The notes: generated by a model from the letters alone, not told the origin. A stretch of 64,000 nucleotides of DNA from Phycisphaerales bacterium (GCA_038231815.1 JBBRKQ010000007.1:1683-65682), one strand, 5' to 3'. Counted from the first letter of the stretch, positions 28,178 through 38,411 are shown. Numbers and translations are program-made.

Positions 28178-28784
28178 GTTTCTGTTGGCGGACATGCACG
28201 GTTCTCTATTATCAAACTTTGATGTGCACAACGGAAGCCGAGCGAGACAGCGTGTGACGCGAATTGTCTGAGCGAAAGACGTGGGATAAACAACATCGCA
28301 CGCTCAACCGTCCCGGAACATGGTTGCAAAGCTTGCATCTGCGGTCAGAACGGTTTTCGATCTCCGCTCATGGCCACAAGTTGCCCGAACTGGATGTTTT
28401 TATGCCTCCTTCTGCAAGGTTTTCTGACTTTGTGGCAAGTCACAGCAGAAAGCCACCTTAACTCATCCAGGCCACGCCATGAACCACTGCCAGATTCCCA
28501 CGAGCATCCCGACTGCACGAATGACTGGTGAATCCAGTGATCCTTCCAAGAGCCGTCAGCCCTTGCCGACGCTCGTTCAGCCACCGATCGCTGTTACCAC
28601 AAACGGCACCGGATTACCGCCCCGCTTCGCTAGCATTATCGGACTGCTCTTGTCGCAAACTCGAGAGCTTGCGCAGCATCTCGTCCTTCGCGGGTCCCAA
28701 GCTGTTCGATTGGAGGTACTGCGACGCCAGATGATCATTTCTAAGCAGTTGGCAATATCACCTCTATGGGGTATGTTGTACAGC

Positions 28785-31676
28785 ATGAAGACGCACGCCA
28801 GAATGGCTTGTCCGGCTCCATCCGCCTTTCCGATCAGGATATTGGGCAGGGTGCGAAGCACTCTAAGTCTAACGCTCGGAGCGATCGCGGCGCTCGGGAC
28901 AGTGGTAGGGGTCGCTTCTGCACAGACGATTATTCCGATCGCACCGATAGCCGGAGGCTCAATTTCCCGGGCGGCGGCGGTGAACGCCACCGGCACGGCG
29001 GCGGCTGGCTACTCCGACAACGTATCCAGCGCGGACCGTGCCATCCGTTGGCAGTTTCCTGCTTCAACGACGAACATGGGACTGGTGCCGGGCGGCGTGT
29101 TTGGCTCCTACGCCGTGGCCATCGATTCCACGGGGCAGATCCTGGCCGGGTACGGCGACTCGGGCAGCTCTCGCGCGTTTCGCTGGGTCAATGGAAGTGG
29201 ATACCAGCTCCTGCCCCTCGTAACGGGCACGGGCAGCTACAGCCAAGCGTTTGGCATCAGCCAGAGCGGCGCTGTGGTGGTTGGCACCAGTGGGTTCGGC
29301 CCGGCGGCGCGTGCGTTCTATTGGATCTCAAGCACACCGGGCAGCTCGCTGAACCTTGGTGTGCTGGCGGGGCAGACGACTTCTGGGGCCGCGGCGGTCA
29401 GCGGCGACGGCACGGCGGTTGTGGGCTCGAGCGGGACGCGGGCCTTTCACTGGACCAGCGGTGGAGGCATGACCGACCTTGGCTCACTGCCCGGTCAAGT
29501 GAGGGCCTTGGGCGAAGCGGTGAACACCAACGGAACCGTCATCACCGGGCGTTACAACAACGGGAGCGAGTTCGGCTATCGTTGGACACAAGCCACCGGC
29601 ATGGTGGCCCTGCCGCAGACGCCAAACGGCTGCACAGCGCTGCGGCCACGGGCGATCAACGGCGATGGCTCGCTGATTATCGGCCAAGTGGTGGACAACG
29701 TCGCGGGCTTTACCGCCTTCGTATGGACGCCGGCCATGGGGTCCCAACTACTGGCCAATCACCTGCAGGCCCGCGGCGTGAACCTGACGGGCTGGCAGAT
29801 CAGCGATGCGACGGGCATCAGCGCCGACGGTTCGGCGATGTGCGGCAACGGGCTGTACAACGGCAGCCCCGTGGGTTGGGTGGTTCGCGGGCTGAGGTGC
29901 CCGACAAACTTTAGTGAAATCATCCCGTTCGCTGGATGGGCCTGCATCGGCAGCGACGGCACGATCGCGACTAGCTTCGTGACGTCACCTGGGGTATCGG
30001 TCCGCTGGTGGCGGAACGGGGTACTGCTCGCGAACGGACTGCAGCCCTCGGGCTCGACCATCAGCGGCGCGACGGCGACCGCGCTGCAAATCACGAACAT
30101 GCAGCTGGGGGATGCCGGGAACTATCAGGTTGGAATCAGCGATCAGGGGGCGTGTGAGACGATCACTTCGACGTACTTCTCCGGGCCCACCAGCGCGCCC
30201 AGCATCGTCTCACAACCCTCTGCGAACACCGCGTGTCAGGGTCAGAATCCGAGTTTGTTTTGTGCCGCCACCGCGGCCACGGGCACCGTGACGTACGGCT
30301 GGCAGAAGTTTGTCGGCCCGCCCACCAACGCGTTTGTAGACCTCGCCGACGGTGCCACAGGCAACGGCAGCACGTATGCCGGCACCGGCACCACGACGTT
30401 CTCGATCATCAGCGCGCAGCCCGCCGATAGCGGTACGTACCGCTGCATGCTGGGCAACAGGCACTGCTTTGGGGTGCCGCAGGCATACTCAAATGCCGTG
30501 CCCTTTACGATCACTCCTACGGCTCTTGCCGTCACTGGGCCGAGCGAGTCGTATCAGTGCACCGGCGACAACGATGCGTTCATTTCCGTGTCTGTTGTTC
30601 CGGCTACCGGCTGCACCTACAAGTGGCAGAAGTTCGGCGGGCCATTTGTCGTCCCGTATTTCGATATCAACGACGGTCCGACTGGCAACGGCGGGTTTTT
30701 CGGTCAGACCAACACGGCCACGCTGGGCGTATATTCGTTTAACCCTGGCGAGTTTAACTTCTATCGCTGCCGCGTAACCGGACCGTGCGGACAGGTTGTT
30801 TTCAGCAATCCGATCTATCTTGGCGGAGTCGGTCCTGTGGCGATTGTCACGAATCCGAGCAATGTTTCGATCTGCCCCGGCGATGACGATATCTCGTTTT
30901 CCGTCACGGCCACGCCGGGAGCCACGTTTCAGTGGCAGAAGTTCTACGGCGCGCCAACCAACGCCTGGTTCAACATCTCCAACGGACCCACAGGTAACGG
31001 CGGCAACTACGGCCAGACCAACACCGCCACCATGGGCATCTACGGCATCGGCACCGGCGACTACGGCCAGTACCGCTGTGTCGTCAGCGAGCCGTGCTTC
31101 TTCTCTACCGCCATCAGCCTGCCAGCGAGCCTTCTGCCCCCGGGCCCACCGCCCGTTACATCACAGCCAACCGGCGGCCCTGTGAACATCGGCGCTACCA
31201 AAGTTCTGACGGTTGTTGCGACGGGTGTAACGACTTACCAGTGGTGGAGGTACGTGCCCGCGTTCCCAATTTATGCACAAGTCGGCAACGGGTCGTTGCC
31301 GAGCGGCGCAATCGTGACTGGCGCGACAGGGCCCACACTGACAATCTCCAACTTCCAAGCCCAGGATGCGGGCCAGTACTACTGCAAGCTCATCAGCGAG
31401 TGTAACTTCGGCTTCTCGGCGGTTGTTACGCTGACCGTGGGCATCGCGTGCTCAATCGCGGACATCGCTGGTGGCGGGCCCAACGGCGATCAGCCCGATG
31501 GAATCCTTGACGGATCGGATTTTGTTGCGTTCATAAACTCGTTTTCCACAGGCGATGTGAATGTCGATCCGCGGGCAGACATCGTTGGCGGTGGCCCGAA
31601 CGGCTTGGACCCGGACGGGATCATCGATGGCTCCGACTTCATCGCGTTCATCAACGCATTCGCCGCGGGTTGCTGA
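28785..31676 (+). CDS. Secreted HAF-repeat protein with five Ig-like modules and a C-terminal GC-ending dockerin-like module (tandem copy 1)
   Basis: The signal peptide starts at the internal Met (MKTHARM..LTLGAIAALGTVVGVASAQ). HAF-type repeats are present (RAFRW, RAFYW, RAFHWTSGGGMTDLGSLPG). Five W-x-K/R...Y-x-C Ig-like units follow. The C-terminus is CSIADIAGGGPNGDQPDGILDGSDFVAFINSFSTGDVNVDPRADIVGGGPNGLDPDGIIDGSDFIAFINAFAAGC-stop. Confidence 0.9.
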   Translation: MKTHARMACPAPSAFPIRILGRVRSTLSLTLGAIAALGTVVGVASAQTIIPIAPIAGGSISRAAAVNATGTAAAGYSDNVSSADRAIRWQFPASTTNMGLVPGGVFGSYAVAIDSTGQILAGYGDSGSSRAFRWVNGSGYQLLPLVTGTGSYSQAFGISQSGAVVVGTSGFGPAARAFYWISSTPGSSLNLGVLAGQTTSGAAAVSGDGTAVVGSSGTRAFHWTSGGGMTDLGSLPGQVRALGEAVNTNGTVITGRYNNGSEFGYRWTQATGMVALPQTPNGCTALRPRAINGDGSLIIGQVVDNVAGFTAFVWTPAMGSQLLANHLQARGVNLTGWQISDATGISADGSAMCGNGLYNGSPVGWVVRGLRCPTNFSEIIPFAGWACIGSDGTIATSFVTSPGVSVRWWRNGVLLANGLQPSGSTISGATATALQITNMQLGDAGNYQVGISDQGACETITSTYFSGPTSAPSIVSQPSANTACQGQNPSLFCAATAATGTVTYGWQKFVGPPTNAFVDLADGATGNGSTYAGTGTTTFSIISAQPADSGTYRCMLGNRHCFGVPQAYSNAVPFTITPTALAVTGPSESYQCTGDNDAFISVSVVPATGCTYKWQKFGGPFVVPYFDINDGPTGNGGFFGQTNTATLGVYSFNPGEFNFYRCRVTGPCGQVVFSNPIYLGGVGPVAIVTNPSNVSICPGDDDISFSVTATPGATFQWQKFYGAPTNAWFNISNGPTGNGGNYGQTNTATMGIYGIGTGDYGQYRCVVSEPCFFSTAISLPASLLPPGPPPVTSQPTGGPVNIGATKVLTVVATGVTTYQWWRYVPAFPIYAQVGNGSLPSGAIVTGATGPTLTISNFQAQDAGQYYCKLISECNFGFSAVVTLTVGIACSIADIAGGGPNGDQPDGILDGSDFVAFINSFSTGDVNVDPRADIVGGGPNGLDPDGIIDGSDFIAFINAFAAGC

Positions 31677-32276
31677 GTTTGCCTTCGGCGGGCCTGCGGT
31701 GTTGTCCGCTATCAAACTCGGAAGTGCGCTGTTACGTCCAAGCGAAACAAAATGCCGCATGCGGTCTCCGAGCTGAATGCCTGGGATACACAGACCGGCA
31801 CGATCAAACCTTCTGGCGCTGCGTTTCAAGGTTGGCAAACATGGTCCGTACGGAATCCGATCGCCGCCGCGCTCACAATTGAGTTGAGGTGAAACTTTTG
31901 GTCCGCCTGCAAGGTTTTGAAACTTGGTGGCAAGTCGCAGAAGAAAGCGACTTTTACTCCGCAAGGCCACACCATGAACAACTGCCAAACCCCGATGAGC
32001 ATTCCGTGCGAGCGTCCGAAGGCTGAGGCCTGTGGCTTAGGCCCAAACCGCCAGACGACGCTGGCGGCTGGACACCCCCACTCCGTTGCACCAAATGGCA
32101 CCGGTGCGTCGCCCCATCCCGCTGAAGTTATCAGACCTTTAGCTTCCATACTGGGCTGGTTGTCTCGGCAACCTGCTCGGCAGGATTCGCAACCCATGTG
32201 TGCGACGACCGACCAATTCCCGGCCAACATCACGATACCGGTGGCAATATCTCCGCTTTGGAGTATCTTGAACACC

Positions 32277-35177
32277 ATGAAAGCTCAGCGCACCTCCGGC
32301 AACTTCACATTGAAAACTTTTATCCCGCGGCGGCTGTCCGGCGTGCGCGGGATGATCGGGCTGGTCTGCGGCGTTGCAGCGTTTGCGGCAAACCCCACGT
32401 CTGCACAAACAATTACTGTTGTGCCTGCCTTCCCCGGCGGCAGCAGCTCAGTGGTTTACGCGGTTAACTCCACTGGCACCGCCGCGGCGGGGTACTCAAA
32501 CAATGCGGGCGGTACCGACACTGGCCTTCGCTGGTTTACGCCCGGTGGCGGGTCGGGGAACATGGGGTTCCTGCCAGGTGGCGGGCTTAACTCTTACGCG
32601 CAGGCGATGGATGCATCGGGCACGGCGCTGGCGGGGTATGGCGATTCATTTGGCAACACACGCGCGTTCCGCGCGACGACGAGCTTTGGCTTTGAGGTGC
32701 TGCCGCTGGTTCCCGGCACTGGCAACTTTGCGACGGCCTCGGGCATCAGCGCTGCGGGCACGCGGGTTGTGGGCACGGGCGGCGTTGGGTCGCTCGCAAG
32801 AGCATTTCTGTGGGATCTGTCAAACCCGACGGTGAGCTTAAATCTTGGCGTAATTTCTGGACAGACCACCTCCGGCGCGAGGGCGATCAGCGGAGATGGC
32901 ACGGTGGTGGTTGGCTCCAGCGGCCCGCTGGCGTTTCGGTGGACATCGGCCGGTGGCATGCAGAGCTTGGGCACACCGCTGCCCGGGCAGGTTTGGGCCC
33001 TTGGCGAAGCGGCCAACACAAACGGATCGGTAATTACGGGGCGCTACAGCAACGGTAATGAACTGGGGTATCGCTGGACCGCGGCAACGGGCATGGTCGC
33101 GCTGCCGCAATCTCCGGGCGGTTCGGCTGCACTGCGGCCGCGGGCGGTAAACGGCGACGGCACCGTCATCATCGGCCAGGTGGTGGACAATGTCGCGGGG
33201 TTCACTGCATTCGTATGGACACCGTCGCTGGGGACGCAACTCCTGCCGGCCCACCTTTCAGCCCGCGGCGTGAACATGACCGGCTGGCAGATCACCGATG
33301 CAACGGGCATCAGTGCTGACGGCACGGCGATGTGTGGCAACGGATTTTTTAACGGCCTGCCGCGGGGCTGGGTGGTGCGTGGGCTGCCCTGTGCAGCGGT
33401 TGCAGGAATCGGCTGGGGCAACCCCACCGGTTGCCTCGGCTCGGGCGCGAGTTTTGGCTCTAACACAAGCTTTGTGGTCGGAGCGGTATACCGCTGGGCC
33501 CGCAACGGTGTGATTCTCAATGATGGAGTCCAGCCGTCGGGTTCGGTGCTGAGCGGCGCGACAACAACGCAGATGACCATGACCAACATGCAGCCGGGGG
33601 ATGCGGGCAACTACACGTTCTCGATGAGCAGCCAAGGCGCGTGTGAGTCGACCATTTCAACTTTCTTCCCCGGGCCGACGAACGCGGCCAACATTGTGGT
33701 GCAGCCAACACCAAACACGGCGTGCCAAGGGCAAAACCCGGCGCTGTTTTGTGCGGCCAACACTCCGAATGGCAGTGTGACGTATCGCTGGCAGAAGTTT
33801 GTCGGCCCCGGGCTTGGAACCTATGCGAACATCGTTGATGGCCCAAGCGGCAACGGCAGTTCATACGTGGGCACAGGCACATCCACGTTCTCGATTCTAA
33901 ACGCCCAGACGGCTGACTCCACACTCTACCGCTGCGCGGTCGGCCACGCTTTCTGTGGTCCAACACCACAGGTCTATTCGGTAGCGGTTCAGTTTACCAT
34001 CACGCCAGCAGCACCCACGGTGACTGGCCCAGGTAACTCGTATCAGTGCGGCGGTGACAACGATGCGTTTATGGGCGTGACAACGGTGCCCGCCGCGGGC
34101 TGCACGTATCGCTGGCAGAAGTACATCGGCCCGGGCATCAACTCATACGCCGATATCTTCGATGGCCCGACCGGCAACGGGGGCTTCTTCGGTCAGACCA
34201 ATAGCGCGGTTCTTGGTGTCTACAGCTTTTCCGCGGCAGAGGCGAACAATTACCGCTGCCGCGTCACGGGCCCGTGCGGCGGGGTGACGATCAGTAGTTC
34301 GGGGTACCTTGGCGTGATCCCGCCTGCGGCGATCATCACCAACCCAAGCAATGCTGCGATTTGCCCGGGAGACAACGACATCAATTTCAGCGTTACGGCG
34401 ACGCCCGGGGTGAGCTATCGGTGGCAGAAGTATGTCGGTCGGCCGGTGTTTAACTTTGTAAACATCTTTGATGGCCCCACGGGCAACGGGGGCAATTACG
34501 GGCAAACCGGAACCGCGGTGATGGGGATCTACGGCGTGTATGCCGGTGACTACACCCAGTATCGCTGCGTGGTGACAGACCCCTGCTATTTGGCTGTAGC
34601 CACCAGCGCACCGGCAACTCTGGTCACACTGAACGCACCGGTTGTAGCGACCCAGCCGGTGGGCGGAGCGGTCGGCATCGGCGGAACCAAGGTGCTGACA
34701 TTTACGCTTGTGCCCAGTGGCAACGGCAATATCACGTACCAGTGGTGGAGGTATGTTGCGGCTTTCCCGATCTACGTACCGCTGGGCAACGGCGTGCTCC
34801 CGAGCGGCGCGGTGATCAACGGTGCGCAGAGCCCAACGCTGACGATCAGCAACTTCCAGTCGCAGGATGCGGGTCAGTACTACTGCATGATCATCGGTGA
34901 CTGCAACAGCGGGCCGACTGCGGTAGCAACGCTCACTGCCGGGGTCGCATGTTCAATCGCGGATATCTCCGGCGGCGGACCCAACGGCGATCAGCCGGAT
35001 GGAATCCTGGATGGCTCGGACTTCATCGCGTTTATTAACTCATTCTCGACCGGTGATGTGAATGTTGATCCGCGGGCCGACATCGTTGGCGGTGGTCCGA
35101 ACGGCCTGGACCCGGATGGGATCATCGATGGCTCAGACTTCATCGCGTTCATTAACGCGTTCTCGGCTGGCTGCTAA
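32277..35177 (+). CDS. Secreted HAF-repeat protein with Ig-like modules and a C-terminal GC-ending dockerin-like module (tandem copy 2)
   Basis: It is collinear with 28785-31676. The signal peptide starts at MKAQRTS..GLVCGVAAFAANPTSAQ. It has the same HAF and Ig-like architecture. The C-terminus is CSIADISGGGPNGDQPDGILDGSDFIAFINSFSTGDVNVDPRADIVGGGPNGLDPDGIIDGSDFIAFINAFSAGC-stop. Confidence 0.9.
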   Translation: MKAQRTSGNFTLKTFIPRRLSGVRGMIGLVCGVAAFAANPTSAQTITVVPAFPGGSSSVVYAVNSTGTAAAGYSNNAGGTDTGLRWFTPGGGSGNMGFLPGGGLNSYAQAMDASGTALAGYGDSFGNTRAFRATTSFGFEVLPLVPGTGNFATASGISAAGTRVVGTGGVGSLARAFLWDLSNPTVSLNLGVISGQTTSGARAISGDGTVVVGSSGPLAFRWTSAGGMQSLGTPLPGQVWALGEAANTNGSVITGRYSNGNELGYRWTAATGMVALPQSPGGSAALRPRAVNGDGTVIIGQVVDNVAGFTAFVWTPSLGTQLLPAHLSARGVNMTGWQITDATGISADGTAMCGNGFFNGLPRGWVVRGLPCAAVAGIGWGNPTGCLGSGASFGSNTSFVVGAVYRWARNGVILNDGVQPSGSVLSGATTTQMTMTNMQPGDAGNYTFSMSSQGACESTISTFFPGPTNAANIVVQPTPNTACQGQNPALFCAANTPNGSVTYRWQKFVGPGLGTYANIVDGPSGNGSSYVGTGTSTFSILNAQTADSTLYRCAVGHAFCGPTPQVYSVAVQFTITPAAPTVTGPGNSYQCGGDNDAFMGVTTVPAAGCTYRWQKYIGPGINSYADIFDGPTGNGGFFGQTNSAVLGVYSFSAAEANNYRCRVTGPCGGVTISSSGYLGVIPPAAIITNPSNAAICPGDNDINFSVTATPGVSYRWQKYVGRPVFNFVNIFDGPTGNGGNYGQTGTAVMGIYGVYAGDYTQYRCVVTDPCYLAVATSAPATLVTLNAPVVATQPVGGAVGIGGTKVLTFTLVPSGNGNITYQWWRYVAAFPIYVPLGNGVLPSGAVINGAQSPTLTISNFQSQDAGQYYCMIIGDCNSGPTAVATLTAGVACSIADISGGGPNGDQPDGILDGSDFIAFINSFSTGDVNVDPRADIVGGGPNGLDPDGIIDGSDFIAFINAFSAGC

Positions 35178-35222
35178 ATTCTTGCTCGACTTCAATTCAA
35201 GTGACACCGCTTGGGTTGATCC

Positions 35223-35258
35223 AGAGCGGCTCCGCAATTGCGGAGCCGCTCTTTTTTA
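35223..35258 (+). terminator. Strong rho-independent terminator ending the tandem array
   Basis: Stem agagcggctccgc / gcggagccgctct with loop aatt, followed by TTTTTT. Confidence 0.85.
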
Positions 35259-35623
35259 TCCTGGTTACACGTCACCTTGGCGGGTAGAGTGGCGGTAGTT
35301 TGTGTTGCGAAGATTGCCCTGCCGAGAACGAAAAAACCGCCAAAGCTCTGGCATTTTCGGATTATTGCGTCGGCTACCAATTCCTAGGTCGTCACTCCAA
35401 TATATCAACCGGCTCCGCCAAGTTCGCCCGCACGCTAGCCTCATACGGACTTTGATCGATCAAATGCGGCTGGCTTTTTCGACCGAGCTAGCGAAGGAAA
35501 TGTGTCTCTGCCCAAAGCGACATGCGGACGACTTGGGCTGCTCGCCATCAGACCCAGCGGTGCCTCGCTTGTTTGCTTCTCGCTCACAATGAAGTGCGAC
35601 TATTGGTACGAAGGAGATTCCCG

Positions 35624-36952
35624 ATGCCCCTTGTCCACCCCCGCGATGCGTGCTCATTACTTGTTCTCGCGCTGGCCATCACCGGCACGGCGCTGCCCGC
35701 CCTGGCCGATCCGGTGGGTCATGACTGCGTGCTCTGGCTCAAAGCCGATGCGGGCGTGACAACCGACGGTGGCGGCCGGGTCACCGCGGCGACCGACTTT
35801 TCTGGCACTGGCAATCACGCGAGCGTTGGGGTGGGCTCTGGACCACTGCTTGTACCAGCCGCGCTTAATGGATTGCCGGTGATGCGCTTCGATGGAAACT
35901 GGCTAAACCTGGCTGGGCAGGTGCTTTCAAGCCAGCAGTTCACCATCGTCGCCGTCGTCAATGACACCCGGCGCGAGGGCTCCTTTCATGAGGTCTTCTC
36001 AAACTGGACCTTTGGTAACACCCTCTCATCAGTTTTCTTTGGCACGACGGCGTTAGATCCCGGCGGGCCAGACACCACCCGTGCGCGGCTGACCGATGAT
36101 GTGGGCGGAGCGAACCAAGGCCAGACCGGAGTAGGAGTCGTCACCAACCGCTCCTCGCACTTTATCTTCTCGGGCATCAGCCGCACAAACAACGCTGAGG
36201 TGTTCCAGAATCGAACACTGATCGCAAGTTCCGCCGCACCGATTAGTACAAGAAATCTTGCCCCGCCATACGTAATAGGCCGTCAAGGACCGATCAGTGA
36301 ATTCTGGACTGGGGACATCGCGGAAATTTTGATTTACAATACCGCTCTCTCACGGTGCGAGCTTGATACTGTGTACGACTACTTCAACGGCCGCTACGGG
36401 CTTGCCAACTGCCTGCCCGTCCTGACCTCGCAGCCGACCGACCAAATCGCTTGCCAGCGCGGCACAGTGCGGCTTGCAGTAACGGCCGCTGGTGGGCTGT
36501 GCAATAGCAACTTTACGTACCGTTGGTCAAAGGGTGGCATGCCGCTAAATGATGGGAACATGGGCACAAGCACAATCAGCGGCGCTGTAACCCGGGAGCT
36601 ACTGATCACCAATTTCTCGGGAGCGGCCGCGGGGTCATACCGCTGCGCGGTGGCAAACAGTTGCGGTACCGTCACCAGCAACCCGGCCACGATTGCGCTC
36701 GGGGCAAGCTGCTCGCTGGCGGACATCGTCGGCACAGTCAGCGGCTCACCAACAGGACCACTGCTTTGCCCGGACGGCCTGGTAGACGGAGCAGATTTTA
36801 TCGCGTTCATCAACAGCTTCAGCGTTGGGGACCCGGCAATTGATGCCCTCGCGGATGTCGCCGGTGGTGGCCCTGATGGACTCTGGCCAGATGGAATCAT
36901 CGACGGCGCTGATTTCATTGCGTTTATCAACGCCTTCTCGGCTGGCTGCTGA
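35624..36952 (+). CDS. Secreted LamG-like / Ig-like protein with a variant C-terminal GC-ending dockerin-like module
   Basis: RBS gaAGGAGattcccgATG. The signal peptide is LLVLALAITGTALPALADP. The LamG-like region runs LWLKADAGV..LNGLPVMRFDG..GDIAEILIYNTALS. An Ig-like module is present (FTYRWSKGGMPL..AAGSYRCAVANSCG). The C-terminus is CSLADIVGTVSGSPTGPLLCPDGLVDGADFIAFINSFSVGDPAIDALADVAGGGPDGLWPDGIIDGADFIAFINAFSAGC-stop. Confidence 0.9.
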   Translation: MPLVHPRDACSLLVLALAITGTALPALADPVGHDCVLWLKADAGVTTDGGGRVTAATDFSGTGNHASVGVGSGPLLVPAALNGLPVMRFDGNWLNLAGQVLSSQQFTIVAVVNDTRREGSFHEVFSNWTFGNTLSSVFFGTTALDPGGPDTTRARLTDDVGGANQGQTGVGVVTNRSSHFIFSGISRTNNAEVFQNRTLIASSAAPISTRNLAPPYVIGRQGPISEFWTGDIAEILIYNTALSRCELDTVYDYFNGRYGLANCLPVLTSQPTDQIACQRGTVRLAVTAAGGLCNSNFTYRWSKGGMPLNDGNMGTSTISGAVTRELLITNFSGAAAGSYRCAVANSCGTVTSNPATIALGASCSLADIVGTVSGSPTGPLLCPDGLVDGADFIAFINSFSVGDPAIDALADVAGGGPDGLWPDGIIDGADFIAFINAFSAGC

Positions 36953-36977
36953 AAACGTGAGACACGCATCACTGGCA

Positions 36978-38411
36978 TCATCTCTTCTCGGCAGGCGGCT
37001 TCGAGGCGGCCGCACCCTTTAGCCCGAGCGACAGCGACAAAAACTCGCCGTTGTCAAAGCTCATCCCCTCGCGGTTGTTCTCGGCAAAGCGCACGATCAC
37101 CATGTCTTCCTGAGGCAGCACGTACAGCCGCTGCTTACCCAGTCCCGCGGCCATGTAAATTTCCCACGGTGTGCCATCGGGGCGCTTTATTGCTACTGCT
37201 GCTTCACGGCTGAGTAGCTTCATGCGCAGGTTGGCGCGAATGTCATCGGCACTACCGCCGCCACCATCGGCCACGGCGCCCGCTCCGGAACCCTCACGCA
37301 GCAACCACCAAGTGAGGCCGTAGGCCGCGTTTGCTTTGCTGGGCTTAAAGCACTCCGCCAGCAGGTCAGGCCGCACAATCTGCGTGCTTGCGCCATCTGG
37401 CTTTTTCCAACTTCCGCTTTGCAGCACAAGCTGGCCAAACTTGGCCCATTGCTGGGCCGTGAGAAAGCAGCCCCCAGGCAAGTTGGGGTTGCCCGCGAGA
37501 TCTTTGCCGAAGTACCCAACGGCCAAACCGATCGGATCAAACAGCTTGGCTTTCATGTACCCCAACACAGTCTTCTGTGACTCGGGCAGCGTCTTGCTGG
37601 CTGTCAGCTTGCGCTGCAAGAACTCTCCGAAGGCCATGTAATGGCTCGGTCCGTACTCAAAGCGGGCGCCCGGCTTGGCCACGCTCTTGGCTGTTACGGC
37701 GGCCTTGAACTTGTCAGGCACCGCGTTTGCGCCACGCTGGGCATCTTTCTTTGATCCGGTGCCCGGCCCCATGATTTTCTGACCGTTCCGCCCCGGCGTC
37801 GCGCCGCCGCCCAGCGTGTCATCTGATGGGTCAAGCCCGGACGAGAGCGTGAGCAAATGGCGCACCGTGATAAGCTTCTTGTCCGGATCGGTCGCCCACT
37901 CGGTAATCGTGTCGCACACCAGTTCATCCCACCCGGTAATGAGCCCATCACCGATGGCGATCGCCGCGGTGACACCGGTAAATGACTTGGTCCCGCTGGC
38001 CAGAGGATGCGGTTTGCTTGCCGACCAACCGTTGTCATAACGCTCAAAGATGACCTTGCCGTGCTGCATCACCAGCACGGCCCGACCGGACTTACCGGCG
38101 GAGTAATCCGCCGCGGCGGCAAAATCTGCATCGCGGCCTTCCAGCGGCGATCCCTTGGGTGTGGCAGCCTCGGCAGAAAGGTTGGCAGGCGCTGGTGACC
38201 CGCGCTTCGGACTGTCTGCGAGCCCAGTACTTCCTGCCGCGAGTATGACCACAGCGCCAAGAAACGTGCGCAGAATCAAACCGCCGCACCAGCTAGGGCC
38301 AGAGGTAGGGCCAGAGGTAGGGCCAGAGGTAGGGCCAGAGGGCCGACCCGTGGGAGCATTCGCGGGCAATAGTGAACCGGGGTTGTGGCTGCTGAAGCGC
38401 AAGATTGGCAT
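36978..38411 (-). CDS. Beta-lactamase-fold serine hydrolase (class C / esterase family), membrane-anchored
   Basis: The SxxK motif is in HPLASGTKSFTGV. The N-terminus has (GPTS)n, then the TM segment LILRTFLGAVVILAAGS. Confidence 0.85.
   Translation of the reverse strand: MPILRFSSHNPGSLLPANAPTGRPSGPTSGPTSGPTSGPSWCGGLILRTFLGAVVILAAGSTGLADSPKRGSPAPANLSAEAATPKGSPLEGRDADFAAAADYSAGKSGRAVLVMQHGKVIFERYDNGWSASKPHPLASGTKSFTGVTAAIAIGDGLITGWDELVCDTITEWATDPDKKLITVRHLLTLSSGLDPSDDTLGGGATPGRNGQKIMGPGTGSKKDAQRGANAVPDKFKAAVTAKSVAKPGARFEYGPSHYMAFGEFLQRKLTASKTLPESQKTVLGYMKAKLFDPIGLAVGYFGKDLAGNPNLPGGCFLTAQQWAKFGQLVLQSGSWKKPDGASTQIVRPDLLAECFKPSKANAAYGLTWWLLREGSGAGAVADGGGGSADDIRANLRMKLLSREAAVAIKRPDGTPWEIYMAAGLGKQRLYVLPQEDMVIVRFAENNREGMSFDNGEFLSLSLGLKGAAASKPPAEKR
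38296..38343. repeat. In-frame 12-nt tandem repeat (about 4 units) encoding (GPTS)n
   Basis: The plus strand reads gggccagaggta x3, then gggccagagggc. The minus-strand translation is GPTSGPTSGPTSGPS. Confidence 0.8.

Noticed and set aside
28479-28784. The ORF-track starts at 28479 and 31917, taken as the true N-termini of the two large paralogs
   Set aside because: The signal peptides begin at the internal Met codons (28785 and 32277). The upstream part has no signal or TM character. I kept it as a finding (conserved leader) but not as part of the CDS call.
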